Shown here piece after piece: positions 1 through 11,618 of a stretch of 64,000 nt of DNA. This DNA comes from Macrostomum lignano. Its lineage: Eukaryota. The stretch lies in the NCBI GenBank assembly GCA_002269645.1, contig NIVC01001513.1, forward strand, positions 1 through 64,000, in the 5' to 3' direction. The notes under the pieces were generated by a model. It had not been told where the DNA came from. It saw only the letters and a program-made list of their open reading frames with translations, and searched no databases. A program made the position numbers and the translations under genes. How positions within the stretch are numbered: position 1 is the first letter of the stretch; the number at the start of each line of letters is the position of its first letter.

Positions 1-318
1 ATTAAGATGGGCGTGCCAGGCGAGTCTAGGACTAGTCTGAGACAAGTCTAGGCAAGTCTCAGGCATCCGCCCGGCAGTCCCGACTGGTCACCTTGTATGA
101 CGCTGCCTTCTCTAAAAGGTTGGCTTGGCTGACTTGAACCACCTGGATAGATGGTTGTAGCCGGTTTTCCAGCGGTTTCCACACGTCATAAAACCAGCTA
201 ATATGCTACCCGGATGATGGGCCGCCAGTATAGGGCTCGAACGGCACTTCCAAAAAGAAGTAAATTCCTCATCATTTCATTAGTGAAAAATTCAAGGAAT
301 CATTTCTAATTGGGTTGG

Positions 319-499
319 TGTGGTGCGCAGCCTATGCGTGTACAATGCCCTTTCTCTGCTCTCTAGCCAACGTGCTCAGTACCCACCAATTTATTGCGTA
401 ACTCATAGCTGCACGTCGGCAGCTGCGTGAATATATATCGCAAATATACGGCTCTTAGAGGCAAGATTCTTACCCGCCAAGCGGACTACGAGCACTACA
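319..499 (+). repeat. 5' LTR
   Basis: Direct repeat of 4654-4834; starts TGTGG, ends TACA. Confidence 0.95.
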
Positions 500-3400
500 A
501 TGGCGTCGCAGCTAAACTTACCAAGCCCAGCGCGCTTGGACCTGCGAACAGACCCCAACACGGCCCAGACTAAATGGAAAAAGTGGTACGCACAATTTGA
601 ACTTTTCGCTGTGGCTGCAAACATCGAAGACAAAAAGCGGCTTCGCCAGCTTCTGCTGTATACAGCCGGAGAGGACTTGCAGTCGATTGCGGCCGGTCTC
701 GGCGACAAAGAGGCAGCAGGCAAAGACGTCGAAACACTTGTAGCCGCGCTTAACGACCACTTCGACAGCAAGCGGAATCTCCCGTTCACCCGCTATCAGT
801 TCAGGTTGTGCACACAGCGGTCCGGCGAGCCCATCGACGAATGGCTCCAGCGCCTCAAAGATGCTGCCGACTGCTGCGGCTTCGAGGGCCTCAGAGACTC
901 CCTGATCCGTGACCAGGTGATCGCCGGCTGCAGTTCAGAGCAGCTTCGCCGCAAGCTGCTAGCGATCGACAATGTCGACCTGGAGCAGGCGCTTCGGGTG
1001 GCCAGAGCCATGGAGACAGCAGAGACTCAGGCAAGCCTCATGGAATCTAACGAGGCGGCGGTACAGCGACTTCGGCTTCGAGACACTGGTGCAGCGGCCT
1101 CATCAGCAGAGCGCCCAGTCAAGGGACCAGCCAAGCAGCAGCCAGGCAAGCAGACCACGTGCATCAGATGCGGAGTCCCGGGCCACCGCACATGCAACGC
1201 AGCCAGAGGCAAGACGTGCGAGCGCTGCGGAAAGCGAAATCACTTGGCGAGGGCCTGCCTCTCCCGGCCGTTGGAAGCCGTCCGCGCCCTGCAGGCCGAC
1301 AGCGACAGCTCAGAGCCTGAGGACAGCATCTTCTGTCTGACCGTGGCGGCCACCGGGACGGCTACAGCGGGCGCCCGCACAACAGTGCTCGTCGACTCAA
1401 CGCAGCTGGAAGTCCTGGTCGACAGCGGGGCCGACTGCAATATCTTGACAGAGAAAGCCTGGCGGAAACTGCCGCGACCCCCGCCGCTGCAGACAACTCG
1501 CACAAAGGTATTCGCTTTCCGCTCTTCAGAACCGCTCAGCATCCTGGGAGCCTGCAGCCTGCAGGTGACAACCGGCCAAGATAGCCAGGAGGTTCGCTTC
1601 ATCGTCGTCCCCGGCGACGGCGTCAACATCCTGGGACGGGAGGCATCAACCTCACTCCGCCTTCTGAGCTTGGGGCCTCAGGTTCGCGCGATCGCAGCAG
1701 CCGAGACGGAGAACGCAGAGACCCTGGCGCTGGCCAAGCGATTTCCGGAGCTCTTCAAAGGCCTCGGAAAGGTCAAGGGTGTTTCGGTTCAGATTGGTAT
1801 CAAGCCTGACGCCAGGCCCGTCTGCCATCCGCCCTCTCGGGTACCAGTGCATCTCAGAGAGGCGCTGGACCGCGAGCTGGACGAGCAAGAGCGCCTGCAG
1901 ATCATCCAGCCAGTAGAAGGCCCCACGCCATGGGTCAGTCGCATCGTCGTGGTACCGAAAGAAGACGGGAAGACCGTGAGGATCACCCAGGATTTGCGAG
2001 ACGTTAACAAGGCGGCCCTGAGGCAACGACATCAAATCCCGACTTTTGAAGAAGCTACCAGCGACATGACGGGGTCGACAATCTTCACCAAGCTTGACAT
2101 CTTCAAGGCGTTTCATCAAATTGAGATCAGTGAGGACAGCCGCAAGTACTTCGTCTTCTCAACGCCCCGAGGGATGCGTCAGCTGACACGCCTGAGCATG
2201 GGATTCGCCTCCGCCTCGGAGATCCTGCAGCGCGTCATGCAGCAAGTGCTGGAAGGCCTCACTGGTGTCAAGTGGATCCACGACGACATCATCATCCACA
2301 GTCAGGGCCCTGAAGTTCACCAGGAACATGTGGCAGCCTGCCTGACCAGACTGCGTGACAATGGCATCACCCTGAATGCCAGCAAGTGCCGCTGGGGCAT
2401 CGGCAAGGCCAAGTTCATGGCCATGACGCTCTCCAAGTTCGGCATTCAGCCATCAGAAGAGAAAATCGCAGAGCTGCAAGCATTCAGGGATCCACAGTCT
2501 GCCAAGGAAGTCCGGTCGTTTCTCGGCCTGGCCAATCACCTCGAGAAGTTCATGCCGCACCTTGCCGACAAAGCGGAGCCGCTGAGGCGACTAACACGGA
2601 AAGGCCAGGAATTCGTCTGGGACCGCGAGCAGCAGCAGTCCTTCCAGGCCGTCAAGGACTGCATCTCCGAGGGCTGCACGCTGGCCTTCTTCGACAAGCG
2701 GCTGCCGACCGAGCTGGTGGTCGATGCGTCACCCGTCGGCGTTGGTGCCATTCTGCAGCAGCGGCACCCAAGCGGGCAGACGCGGCCGGTGGCCTACGCG
2801 AGCCGCACGCTCAGTGACGTCGAACGGCGCTACAGCCAGATCGAGCGCGAGGCCCTGGGCGTCAAGTTCGGCTGCTTGAAGTTCGCGTTTTACCTGGAGG
2901 GCTGCCCGCACTTTGATATCTACACCGACCACAAGCCGCTGCTCGGGATCTACAGAGCAGACTCAAGGCCGCCGCCCCGGCTCGAGCGTATCATGCTGCA
3001 GACCCAGCACTTCACGTTCACACTGCACTACCGCAAAGGCGAGGACAACCCGGCAGACCCGCTGAGCCGCAATCCGCTGACAAGCGCATCGTCACACAAA
3101 GACGAGGCTGAGGACACCAGACTGTGCAACGCCGTTGTCCAAGCGGCCACCCCAAAGGGCCTGACCGTCGACAGGATCCAGGCTGCGACCGAGAGAGACC
3201 CAGCTCTGGTGGTCGTCATGCGCGCCTTGGAAACAGGAAACTGGAGCTGCGGCGCGGCGAGCCCGGCGCACAGTTTTCGGTCCCTCAAAGACGAACTGAG
3301 CGTTCACGCAGGCCTTCTGCTCCGGGGAAACAGAATCGTGATCCCGGCAGAGCTTCAGCAGCTTACGATCGGTTTAGCGCACCAGGGCCACCTCGGACAG

Positions 3401-4453
3401 AAGAAGACGTGCGACCGACTGCAGCGTAAGGTCTGGTGGCCCGGCATGTCCAAGCAGGTCGAGGCGGTCGTCACTAACTGCCTCCCGTGTCAAGCGGCCC
3501 GGACCGACGGCGCCGTGAAACACCCGCCGATGCAGCCGACGCCGCTTCCGTCGGGGGCCTGGCAATCGCTCAGCGTCGACGTGTGCGGACCATTCCCAAC
3601 GGGCGAGAACGTAGTTGTCTTGGTGGACTACTTCAGCCGCTACCCGGACCTCTACGTGGTGCGCAGCCTCACCAGCGCCAGCGTCATCAACTGCGTCATT
3701 GCCTCATTCAGCCGCTTCGGTGTGCCGCAGCAGATCACTACGGACAACGCCACCTACTTCACGAGCGAAGAATTCAACTTGTTTCTGGACGGCCTCGGGG
3801 TTCGACAGCGCAGGGTCACCCCACTCTACCCGGCGGCGAACGGCGAGGTGGAGCGCTTCAACCGCAGCCTCAACAAGGCCATCAACGCCGCCACGGCCGA
3901 AGGCAACGACTGGCGGCGGGCGATCCACGAGTGGCTGCACGGATACCGCAACTCTGTGCACCGAGGCACCGACCGCACGCCCAACGACCTCATGTTCAAC
4001 CGAGAGACCGGCGACATCCTGCCATCTGGCCTGACAAAGCAAACCGGCAGCTCCGAACGGCAGCTGCAGCTCCTCGACCGCGGCTACAAGCAGGCGATGC
4101 GCAAGGCGGCCGACACGCGGCGTTCGGCTGCGCCACACGGCATCCTGGCAGGCGCCCGCGTGCTGCTCAGAAACCGCGGCAAGGCCAAGCTGCGCTGTCC
4201 GTTCGACCCGCGGCCTTGGCTTGTCAAGGCAGTCAGCGGCGGCGCCCTGACTCTGCAACGCGGCATGGCAGTCATTCGGCGGCATGTGACCGAGACGAAG
4301 CCGCTTCGTGAGTGCCCCTGGGACCTTGACGAGATGGACGGCGATCAGCGGCCGGGGGCGCCTGTGACAGAGGCAAATTCGGCCAACGACGGTCCGATTG
4401 CGCAGAGGCCTCATCCCAGGACAGCAAAGCAGCCCGTCTGCTACAAGCAGTGA
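500..4453 (+). CDS. Gag-Pol polyprotein, 1317 aa, uninterrupted
   Basis: Two Cys/His knuckles (CIRCGVPGHRTC, CERCGKRNHLARAC); aspartic protease LVDSGA; RT with TKLDIFKAFHQ and WIHDDII; RNase H DAS...EREAL...DHKPL; integrase HQGH...CLPC plus core D-D-E (VDVCGP, TDNA, GEVERFN). Confidence 0.96.
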   Translation: MASQLNLPSPARLDLRTDPNTAQTKWKKWYAQFELFAVAANIEDKKRLRQLLLYTAGEDLQSIAAGLGDKEAAGKDVETLVAALNDHFDSKRNLPFTRYQFRLCTQRSGEPIDEWLQRLKDAADCCGFEGLRDSLIRDQVIAGCSSEQLRRKLLAIDNVDLEQALRVARAMETAETQASLMESNEAAVQRLRLRDTGAAASSAERPVKGPAKQQPGKQTTCIRCGVPGHRTCNAARGKTCERCGKRNHLARACLSRPLEAVRALQADSDSSEPEDSIFCLTVAATGTATAGARTTVLVDSTQLEVLVDSGADCNILTEKAWRKLPRPPPLQTTRTKVFAFRSSEPLSILGACSLQVTTGQDSQEVRFIVVPGDGVNILGREASTSLRLLSLGPQVRAIAAAETENAETLALAKRFPELFKGLGKVKGVSVQIGIKPDARPVCHPPSRVPVHLREALDRELDEQERLQIIQPVEGPTPWVSRIVVVPKEDGKTVRITQDLRDVNKAALRQRHQIPTFEEATSDMTGSTIFTKLDIFKAFHQIEISEDSRKYFVFSTPRGMRQLTRLSMGFASASEILQRVMQQVLEGLTGVKWIHDDIIIHSQGPEVHQEHVAACLTRLRDNGITLNASKCRWGIGKAKFMAMTLSKFGIQPSEEKIAELQAFRDPQSAKEVRSFLGLANHLEKFMPHLADKAEPLRRLTRKGQEFVWDREQQQSFQAVKDCISEGCTLAFFDKRLPTELVVDASPVGVGAILQQRHPSGQTRPVAYASRTLSDVERRYSQIEREALGVKFGCLKFAFYLEGCPHFDIYTDHKPLLGIYRADSRPPPRLERIMLQTQHFTFTLHYRKGEDNPADPLSRNPLTSASSHKDEAEDTRLCNAVVQAATPKGLTVDRIQAATERDPALVVVMRALETGNWSCGAASPAHSFRSLKDELSVHAGLLLRGNRIVIPAELQQLTIGLAHQGHLGQKKTCDRLQRKVWWPGMSKQVEAVVTNCLPCQAARTDGAVKHPPMQPTPLPSGAWQSLSVDVCGPFPTGENVVVLVDYFSRYPDLYVVRSLTSASVINCVIASFSRFGVPQQITTDNATYFTSEEFNLFLDGLGVRQRRVTPLYPAANGEVERFNRSLNKAINAATAEGNDWRRAIHEWLHGYRNSVHRGTDRTPNDLMFNRETGDILPSGLTKQTGSSERQLQLLDRGYKQAMRKAADTRRSAAPHGILAGARVLLRNRGKAKLRCPFDPRPWLVKAVSGGALTLQRGMAVIRRHVTETKPLRECPWDLDEMDGDQRPGAPVTEANSANDGPIAQRPHPRTAKQPVCYKQ

Positions 4454-4653
4454 CTTGATTCGAACTGAGCCGGAACGCTGTCAAAGATCTGCATGCTTTA
4501 ATTGTTTAAGTATTTAATCGTTCGAAATCAAAAAAAATTGAGACTGTTTTACTAATTAATTTTTTTAATCCTTCACGTCGTTTCTTGACCAATTTTCGCA
4601 ATGAAATTTTAAACCCTCTCGTATTGGACTTTTCTTTTGCTTTGGGGGAGAGA

Positions 4654-4834
4654 TGTGGTGCGCAGCCTATGCGTGTACAATGCCCTTTCTCTTGCTCTCT
4701 AGCCAACGTGCTCAGTACCCCAATTTATTGCGTAACTCATAGCTGCACGTCGGCAGCTGCGTGAATATATATCGCAAATATACGGCTCTTAGAGGCCAAG
4801 ATTCTTACCCGCCAAGCGGACTACGAGCACTACA
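4654..4834 (+). repeat. 3' LTR
   Basis: Direct repeat of 319-499, preceded by the PPT and followed by the TSD. Confidence 0.95.
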
Positions 4835-5127
4835 GTTGGTTAGCTCGGGTTGGATCTGTGGTGCGCTACCGGAAATCCCTGAGCAATCACACGCACACGC
4901 AGGGTGGTACATGTACACTCTCGGTGGTACATGTACACCCTCTGTGCCTTGGGCTTTGGCGCTCATAAGTGGGCATTGCACAGGCTCTCTAAACAAATGT
5001 TCCGTCCCGAGCAAGCCCCCCCCCCCAAATAAATTTGGCCGCGCACAAAAAATCTAACCCGGGTCACAGAAGCCTTTACCCTACGGCCCCAATCGGCACT
5101 AATTACTTGCACTTTAACCTTTGTCAG

Positions 5128-6025
5128 GCTCAACCGACAGCTGGGCGAAGACGCCGTCGCCGCTTCATCTTCGATGCCCTCCAGTTCGGCCGCGGCGTCG
5201 CTAAACGATGATATCGAAAACGGCGCCGCTTTGGCCGACAAGAAGCCGCGCCGGAAGTCGCCGCTGTTCCCTCGAGGCAGCAGCTCGGCGTTCGCTTCGG
5301 GAGCTAGCGGCGGCAGCGGTGGCGGCCCGTCGATGGCCGACAGTCTTCGCCGGCCGCGCCTGTCTCTGCCATCGTCGGCCAGAGCCAAACTCGAAGCCAT
5401 GATGCTCGAAGGCGACCTGCTGGAGGTGGCCATGGAGGAGACGACCTGGCTGTGGCACCTGCTGCAGGCCAGCGCCCCCGAGGACGACGACAACGAGAAC
5501 GAAAACGAACTGAACAACGAAGACTCGTCGACAATTAGCGACAAAGAACAAATCGACGAATCGTCAGCGTCAGCGGCATCGTCTGCTGCCAAGTCCAAGT
5601 CAAAGTCGTCGCGAGTTCGAATCCGCCGGCAGAGAGATTCCCTGGCTGCTTCGCAGCCGCCTGAGAAACGGCAGCGAGGCGGCGGCGGTCCGACATCGAC
5701 TCGGAAGTCGAAGCCGGAGCGGCAGGCCGGCAGTCGCGTTGATGCTGGCAAAGAAGAGGAGGACGAGGAGGCGAAATGCTCGGCCGGTGTCCGGTGCTCC
5801 CAGCCCACCGGTGGCCAGGTGAACTGGGTGCAGTGCGACCGCTGCACCGAGTGGTACCACTGGCTCTGCGTCGGGGTCCGATCGGACGCTGAGCTGGTGG
5901 GCAGCTACTACTGCTCGCGGTGCTTGCGCCGGCCGGCGAAGTCGTCTCAGCCGCAGCAGCAGCAGTCGGGCAAAGCGTTGAAGAGAGGTCGAAAAAGTTC
6001 GGTCGCTTCGTCTGGGAAGGCTTGA
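5128..6025 (+). CDS. KDM5: Terminal coding exon of lysine-specific demethylase 5 (KDM5/lid/JARID1) with the C-terminal PHD3 finger; upstream exons lie outside the window
   Basis: Acceptor ctttgtcag at 5127. LEAMMLEGDLLEVAMEETTWLWHLLQA matches the KDM5 motif LEELMM.GDLLEVSLDET..IW..LQA. The PHD CSAGVRCSQPTGGQVNWVQCDRCTEWYHWLCVG...YYCSRC matches KDM5 PHD3. Confidence 0.88.
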
Positions 6026-6296
6026 ACTATGATTGGCTGACGGTTCTTTTCTCCGCTTTCTATATATGGAAACTGGTGGTGTTTTGTGTGTTTTTCGATT
6101 GTAAATCCCCCATTTCAGCTCTGCGTTATTTGTTTGCATATTTTAACTAGTCCTCACCTGAAGCTGAAATTTTCCCTTTCAAAGGGTCTGCAATTGTCTC
6201 AGCAAATCACTTATCTAAAGAGTCGGTTACTTGTCTTAGAAATTCTACGCCAGAAGCATCTCAGCTGGCCGGAGAAATTCCCTTTGTATAGTTCGT

Positions 6297-6600
6297 TATT
6301 AATTGATTACACCTGCCCCAATTGGGTCAGATGTGCAACCGACAGCTCAGCCGCAGTTATTGCTGGGCGCATCTGAGGGCTGCGTGCGGCTGTTCGGTCC
6401 AGGGACCGGGAAGTCGCCACACACAGCCTCAATTGCCCCAGCTGATGCTGGCACCCATTTTACAGCTGGGTGAACTGAAGCAATGCAGAGTTCAGTGTCT
6501 TGCTCAAGGATATAAATTGTCCTTGAGAATCGTTAAAGTTGAGAATCGAACTCCTAACATTCAAGTCGTGACTCCGACGCTCTAACCACACTAGGCTACA
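6297..6600 (-). mobile_element. tRNA-derived SINE copy A
   Basis: Minus-strand head TAGCCTAGTGTGGTTAGAGCG (A box) and GTTCGATTC (B box); central TTGAGCAAGACAC...CACCCAGCTGTAAAATGGGTGCCAGC; inverted homolog of 6765-7065. Confidence 0.75.
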
Positions 6601-6764
6601 ACTCCTTCTTGGCCAAGAATTTGGTCTCTCTCTAAAGTGTGGCTCTATATCTGGCTGAGAAATTCCCAATTTTATGCTCATGGCACATCAGAGAAATTCC
6701 CCACTAACTGATTTCTGCTGGGGCAGAAAAATTTCTCTTTAATGGAGCTTTACTAGGCTGAAAG

Positions 6765-7065
6765 ACAGCCTAGGACTCATGACTGAAAGGTTAGGGGTTC
6801 GATTCCCGATCCCACTGGAACAATTTATAGTTTTGAGCAAGACACTTAACGATCTGCATTGCTTCAGTTCACCCAGCTGTAAAATGGGTGCCAGCATTGG
6901 CTGGGGTGGTTGAGGCTGTGTGTGGCGACCCCCAGTCCTTGGACTGAACAGCCGTACGCAGCCTTCAGATGCGCCCGGCAATAGCTGCGGCTGAGCTGTC
7001 GGTTGCTCATCTGGCCGTAATGGGACAGGTGTAATCAATTATTATTATTACTATTATAGTATTAT
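6765..7065 (+). mobile_element. tRNA-derived SINE copy B
   Basis: GGTTCGATTCC B box, the same central block as copy A, and an (ATT)n tail. Confidence 0.75.
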
Positions 7066-7360
7066 TGTTAGGCTGAGAAATTCTCCTCTAATTAGTTTTC
7101 ACAAGGACTGAGAAATTCCCCTTCACTTTCGCAGCTCGATAGAGGGGAATTCCCCCTGTTCGTGTCGCTTTCTACAAGCAAACTTTCTATTTATAATTTG
7201 CTCTTTAACCCCCCAGTTTGTGTTTCGCAAATATCTCAGTAAAACATTTTTAACAGCTCATTTTCAGTTTGTCCACATTTTGTTTAAACGGAAATTATAT
7301 TTAAATACAAAACTTACTTGTTAAACTTTTGCAAAATAAATTTTGTAATCGTTGACACCT

Positions 7361-7374
7361 GTCACCATGGCAAC
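7361..7374. promoter_or_regulatory. Candidate RFX X-box
   Basis: GTCACCATGGCAAC fits GTHNYY-AT-RRNAAC. Single occurrence in the intergenic DNA upstream of RIC-3. Confidence 0.3.
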
Positions 7375-8649
7375 GCATCGAGATGCGATTTAAATGAATA
7401 ATTTCCCCTTGTTCAATCAGTGGTGAATCGCCCTTGTTTTGGTTGTTTGCATCGGGTCGGTAATGATTAAAGTGTTCGTGTGGTTTGGCTTTACTTTGTT
7501 CTGTCGGCTTTCACATGTTATTTTTGATCAGTTTTGTTTATTATTTACCTCTTAGCCCTTTGATTCCCTAATTTGGTTTTCAATATCAACTATAGAAATA
7601 TTTTCGCCTAAATTTCACAGTGTATAAAGAGACTTACACAACATATCGTCGCTGCATAAATATCACAGTGTATAAAGTGATTACCACAACATATCGGCGC
7701 TTAAAGTTTGCAGTTTATAAAGTGATTTACACAAAATATCAGATAAGCTTCACTTCTCTCCAGTTTTGGATTCAATAAGATTTCGATCAAATTATATTCC
7801 TGGGCACAGCGATATGTTGTGTAATAACATTATATATTGGTCATGAATCAGCATGATAACTGGGGTGTCTCCGTTCTTTCCTCGCCACTTTGTCAGTATT
7901 TTTCGCAACAATATTCTATAATTATTTATTGCCCCCTACTGGTTCACTTGATCAGAAAATTTAGTAGTGTGGTACGATTATGTTTCTTCAATTTTTTCCT
8001 GTATCTGAAATATAATATTATTACTAAAATATGTATTTTTGTGTTCTTTTTAATATAGTCATTGAGTAAGCCAGGCTTTTGTTTAAATGGCAAAAAAACA
8101 CATGCATGCTTTGGCCTCACAGCTGTGCCATATACTCCATGATTAAATCCATTTCTCCTCATAATTATTTTATCCTTGTCCACTGTCTCAAACTTTTTAA
8201 TTATATTGGATTATGTACGCATGCGTTTAGTGTGTTTACTATCTCGCTTTGCTAAACACATTTTCTAACAAGAAAACACTTGCTGATATTTTAACGGTTT
8301 GGTTCAATATAAATTAATGTAGTTGTGTTTTTTAGCCTTCTAGACTAGCAAGCGTGGCGGCAATCATGCATGTGCTTTGTGTCAGTTTTATTACTTCTGT
8401 ACAGAATGCTTTCATTCTGTTAAATCAGCCCCTTCCCCTACTGCCTGTCGCCTCCAATAGGCCATATGTACTTCTCTTCAGCTTCATTGTTTAACAAATT
8501 TATTAATTAAACATCATCAGGCTGCCGCTCTGCAAGGTGGCTTTCCTGGAAACAGCGGCTTCTCTTTGCTTCTTTGTGGGGGGAGAGACTTTTTACTGCG
8601 TAACTATGTGTATTTATGCATGTAGTTATCACACTAGTCGGGGAATAAG

Positions 8650-9168
<519 letters not shown>

Positions 9169-9311
9169 GATTACATCCAAATCTCTGTTACGCATCGAAT
9201 TTAGCACTGATGGAGTTTTACCGGAACGTTTGCCGAAAACTTCGCAAGCCCATCATGTTTTCACAAAATTAAACCACCCGGCTGCCCTGCCCAAAGGACC
9301 TATCCCTGCAG

Positions 9312-10849
9312 ACCCGGTCCTGGCTGGCTCTGGCCCTGATGGTGGGCGGTCTGGCGGTGCTGTACCCGCGCTACCTGCACCCCATGCTGCTCACAGTCAT
9401 GGGCCGCAGCGACGTCTCTTTCGGGGGCGGCGTCGGCGGCGCCATCAGCGATAACAGGTGAGATTTGCGCAAAGTACATTTTTCCACCGAATTGTGCTGG
9501 AATCTTATAAACACACACACTGTGCACTGTCAAAGCACATAAACACACATTATGCACTGTCAAAGCACATAAACACACACTGTTCACTATCAAAGCACAT
9601 AAACACACATTATGCACTGTCAAAGCACATAAACACACACTGTGCACTATCAAAGCACATAAACACACACATTATGCACTGTCAAAGCACAAACACACAC
9701 TGTGCACTATCAAAGCACATAAACACACACTGTGCACTATCAAAGCACATAAACACACATTATGCACTATCAAAGCACATAAACACATACCTCTATCCCA
9801 ATCCACCCCCTCAGCGCCAACATTCACCCGAGGCAGCTGCGCGATCCGCCGCTGCCAGGCGGTCGGCGCCCCTTGGCTGGGCGTCACGGCGCTGGCGCTA
9901 AATTTGCCGATAGCCCTGATACAAACGACGTTGACCACGAGGTCAACGACAAAGGCGAAGGCGGAGGCCGACGCGGCGGATTGGCGGCCGTCGCCCTCCC
10001 GGTTTACGCTGTGGGCATCCTGCTGTACCTGGCCTACACCCTGTTTAAGGCCATCGCCTCGGGCGGCGCCGGCGCTGTTCTGGCGCCGAAACGATCGTCG
10101 TCGGGTTCGACAGCCTCGTCGGCCGAAGCGATGCGAGAGCAGGCGCTGCGGGACTATTATAGGAATTTCCGATACGATCCGGTGAGTCAGCTGGCTTTGA
10201 GATAGATGTGTCAGTGGGTCAGCTGTGTCAGTGGGTCAGATGTGTCAGTTGGTCTGATGTGTCAGTGGGTCAAATGTGTCAGTGGGTCAGCTGTATCAGT
10301 GGGTCAGATGTGTCAGTGGGTCAGATGTGTCAGTGAGTCATGTTATCAGTGGGTCAGATGTGTCAGTGGGTCAGGTTATCAGTGGGTCAGCTGTGTCTGC
10401 GTCAGATTGTCAGTGGGTCAGTAATCCTTGACCCATTGAAACTCCAGGTGAGCGGCCAGTTCATCAACGGTCCGCAGTCTACAGACGACTATTTTGGCGG
10501 CGGCCTGGCCCGCAACGCGATGCCCGAGGCCGACCAGGAGGCCCGCTACCAGCGAATGCGCGTGGATCTGCAGCGCCTGCTGCATCGGCTGGACGATCAG
10601 GACGCCTCCGAAGCGGATCTGCTCCGTTTGAAAGCCCGACTGGAGGATACGGAGCGGCAGATGGCCGGCGTGCTGGCAGCGATGCGACCCCGCCAGGAGG
10701 GGGACGGTGCGCCGGACGGTGCCGATGTTGACGATGACGATCGCAACGATGAAGCTGATGAGGAGGAACCGGAGGCTGAGGGGCAGTCGACTGCGCCGGC
10801 CGATTGGGACGGCGCGGGACCGAGGCGACGCCGGCTGCGGGTTGACTGA
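9312..10849 (+). CDS. RIC3: RIC-3 (resistance to inhibitors of cholinesterase 3; nAChR ER chaperone); exons 9312-9457, 9815-10181, 10448-10849; start codon not located
   Basis: TM1 LALALMVGGLAVLYPRYLHPML; Pro/Gly spacer; TM2 GLAAVALPVYAVGILLYLAYTLFK; coiled coil LLRLKARLEDTERQMAGVL; acidic tail. GT-AG introns with consistent phases 2 and 0. Confidence 0.88.
9505..9790. repeat. 30-bp intronic minisatellite (ACACACACTGTGCACTGTCAAAGCACATAA)
   Basis: About 9 copies in the first visible RIC-3 intron. Confidence 0.92.
10206..10420. repeat. GTCAGTGGGTCAGATGT-type intronic minisatellite
   Basis: Fills the second visible RIC-3 intron. Confidence 0.88.
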
Positions 10850-10857
10850 TGGTGCCG

Positions 10858-11618
10858 CCGGTCAGCTGAGTCGGTGGGTCAGCTGAGTCGGGGCGTCAGT
10901 TGAGTCAGTTGATCAGTTGAGTCGGTGGGTCAGCTGAGTCGGGGCGTCAGTTGAGTCAGTTGATCAGTTGAGTCGGTGGGTCAGCTGAGTCGGGGCGTCA
11001 GTTGAGTCAGTTGATCAGTTGAGTCGGTGGGTCAGCTGAGTCGGGGCGTCAGTTGAGTCAGTTGATCAGTTGAGTCGGTGGGTCAGCTGAGTCGGGGCGT
11101 CAGTTGAGTCAGTTGATCAGTTGAGTCGGTGGGTCAGCTGAGTCGGGGCGTCAGTTGAGTCAGTTGATCAGTTCAGTCGGTGGGTCAGCTGAGTCGGGGC
11201 GTCAGTTGAGTCAGTTGATCAGTTGAGTCGGTGGGTCAGCTGAGTCGGGGCGTCAGTTGAGTCAGTTGATCAGTTGAGTCGGTGGGTCAGCTGAGTCGGG
11301 GCGTCAGTTGAGTCAGTGGGTCAGTAGAGTCAGTAGGTCAGTTGAGTCGGTGGGTCAGCTGAGTCGGGGCGTCAGTTGAGTCAGTTGAGTCAGTTGATCA
11401 GTTGAGTCAGTGGGTCAGCTGAGTCGGGGCGTCAGTTGAGTCAGTTGATCAGTTGAGTCAGTGGGTCAGTTGAGTCGGTGGGTCAGCTGAGTCGGGGCGT
11501 CAGTTGAGTCACTGGGTCAGTAGGTCAGTTGAGTCGGTGGGTCAGCTGAGTCGGTGGGTCAGCTGAGTCGGTGGGTCAGCTGAGTCTGTGGGTCAGTTGA
11601 GTTGGTGGGTCAGCTGAG
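10858..11618. repeat. 51-bp minisatellite built from GTCAG/TGAGTC subunits
   Basis: About 14 degenerate copies directly after the RIC-3 stop codon. Confidence 0.92.

Larger units (their letters stand above)
319..4834 (+). mobile_element. Full-length Ty3/Gypsy LTR retrotransposon (Mag-like)
   Basis: 181-bp LTRs at 319-499 and 4654-4834 (TG...CA, differing by 3 small indels); 5-bp TSD GTTGG at 314-318 and 4835-4839; PBS-like TGGCGTCGCAG at 501; polypurine tract GGGGGAGAGA at 4644-4653; single gag-pol ORF in PR-RT-RH-INT order. Confidence 0.97.

Noticed and set aside
403-4484. Overlapping antisense and alternative-frame ORFs within the retrotransposon
   Set aside because: Expected shadows of a GC-rich coding sequence; no motifs.
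6540-6810. Possible tRNA genes (GTTCGATTC boxes)
   Set aside because: No complete cloverleaf or acceptor stem; both continue into SINE body and tail.
7632-7826. Small inverted repeat TTACACAACATATCG...CGATATGTTGTGTAA (possible MITE)
   Set aside because: Short arms, no clear TSD, and no second copy in the window.
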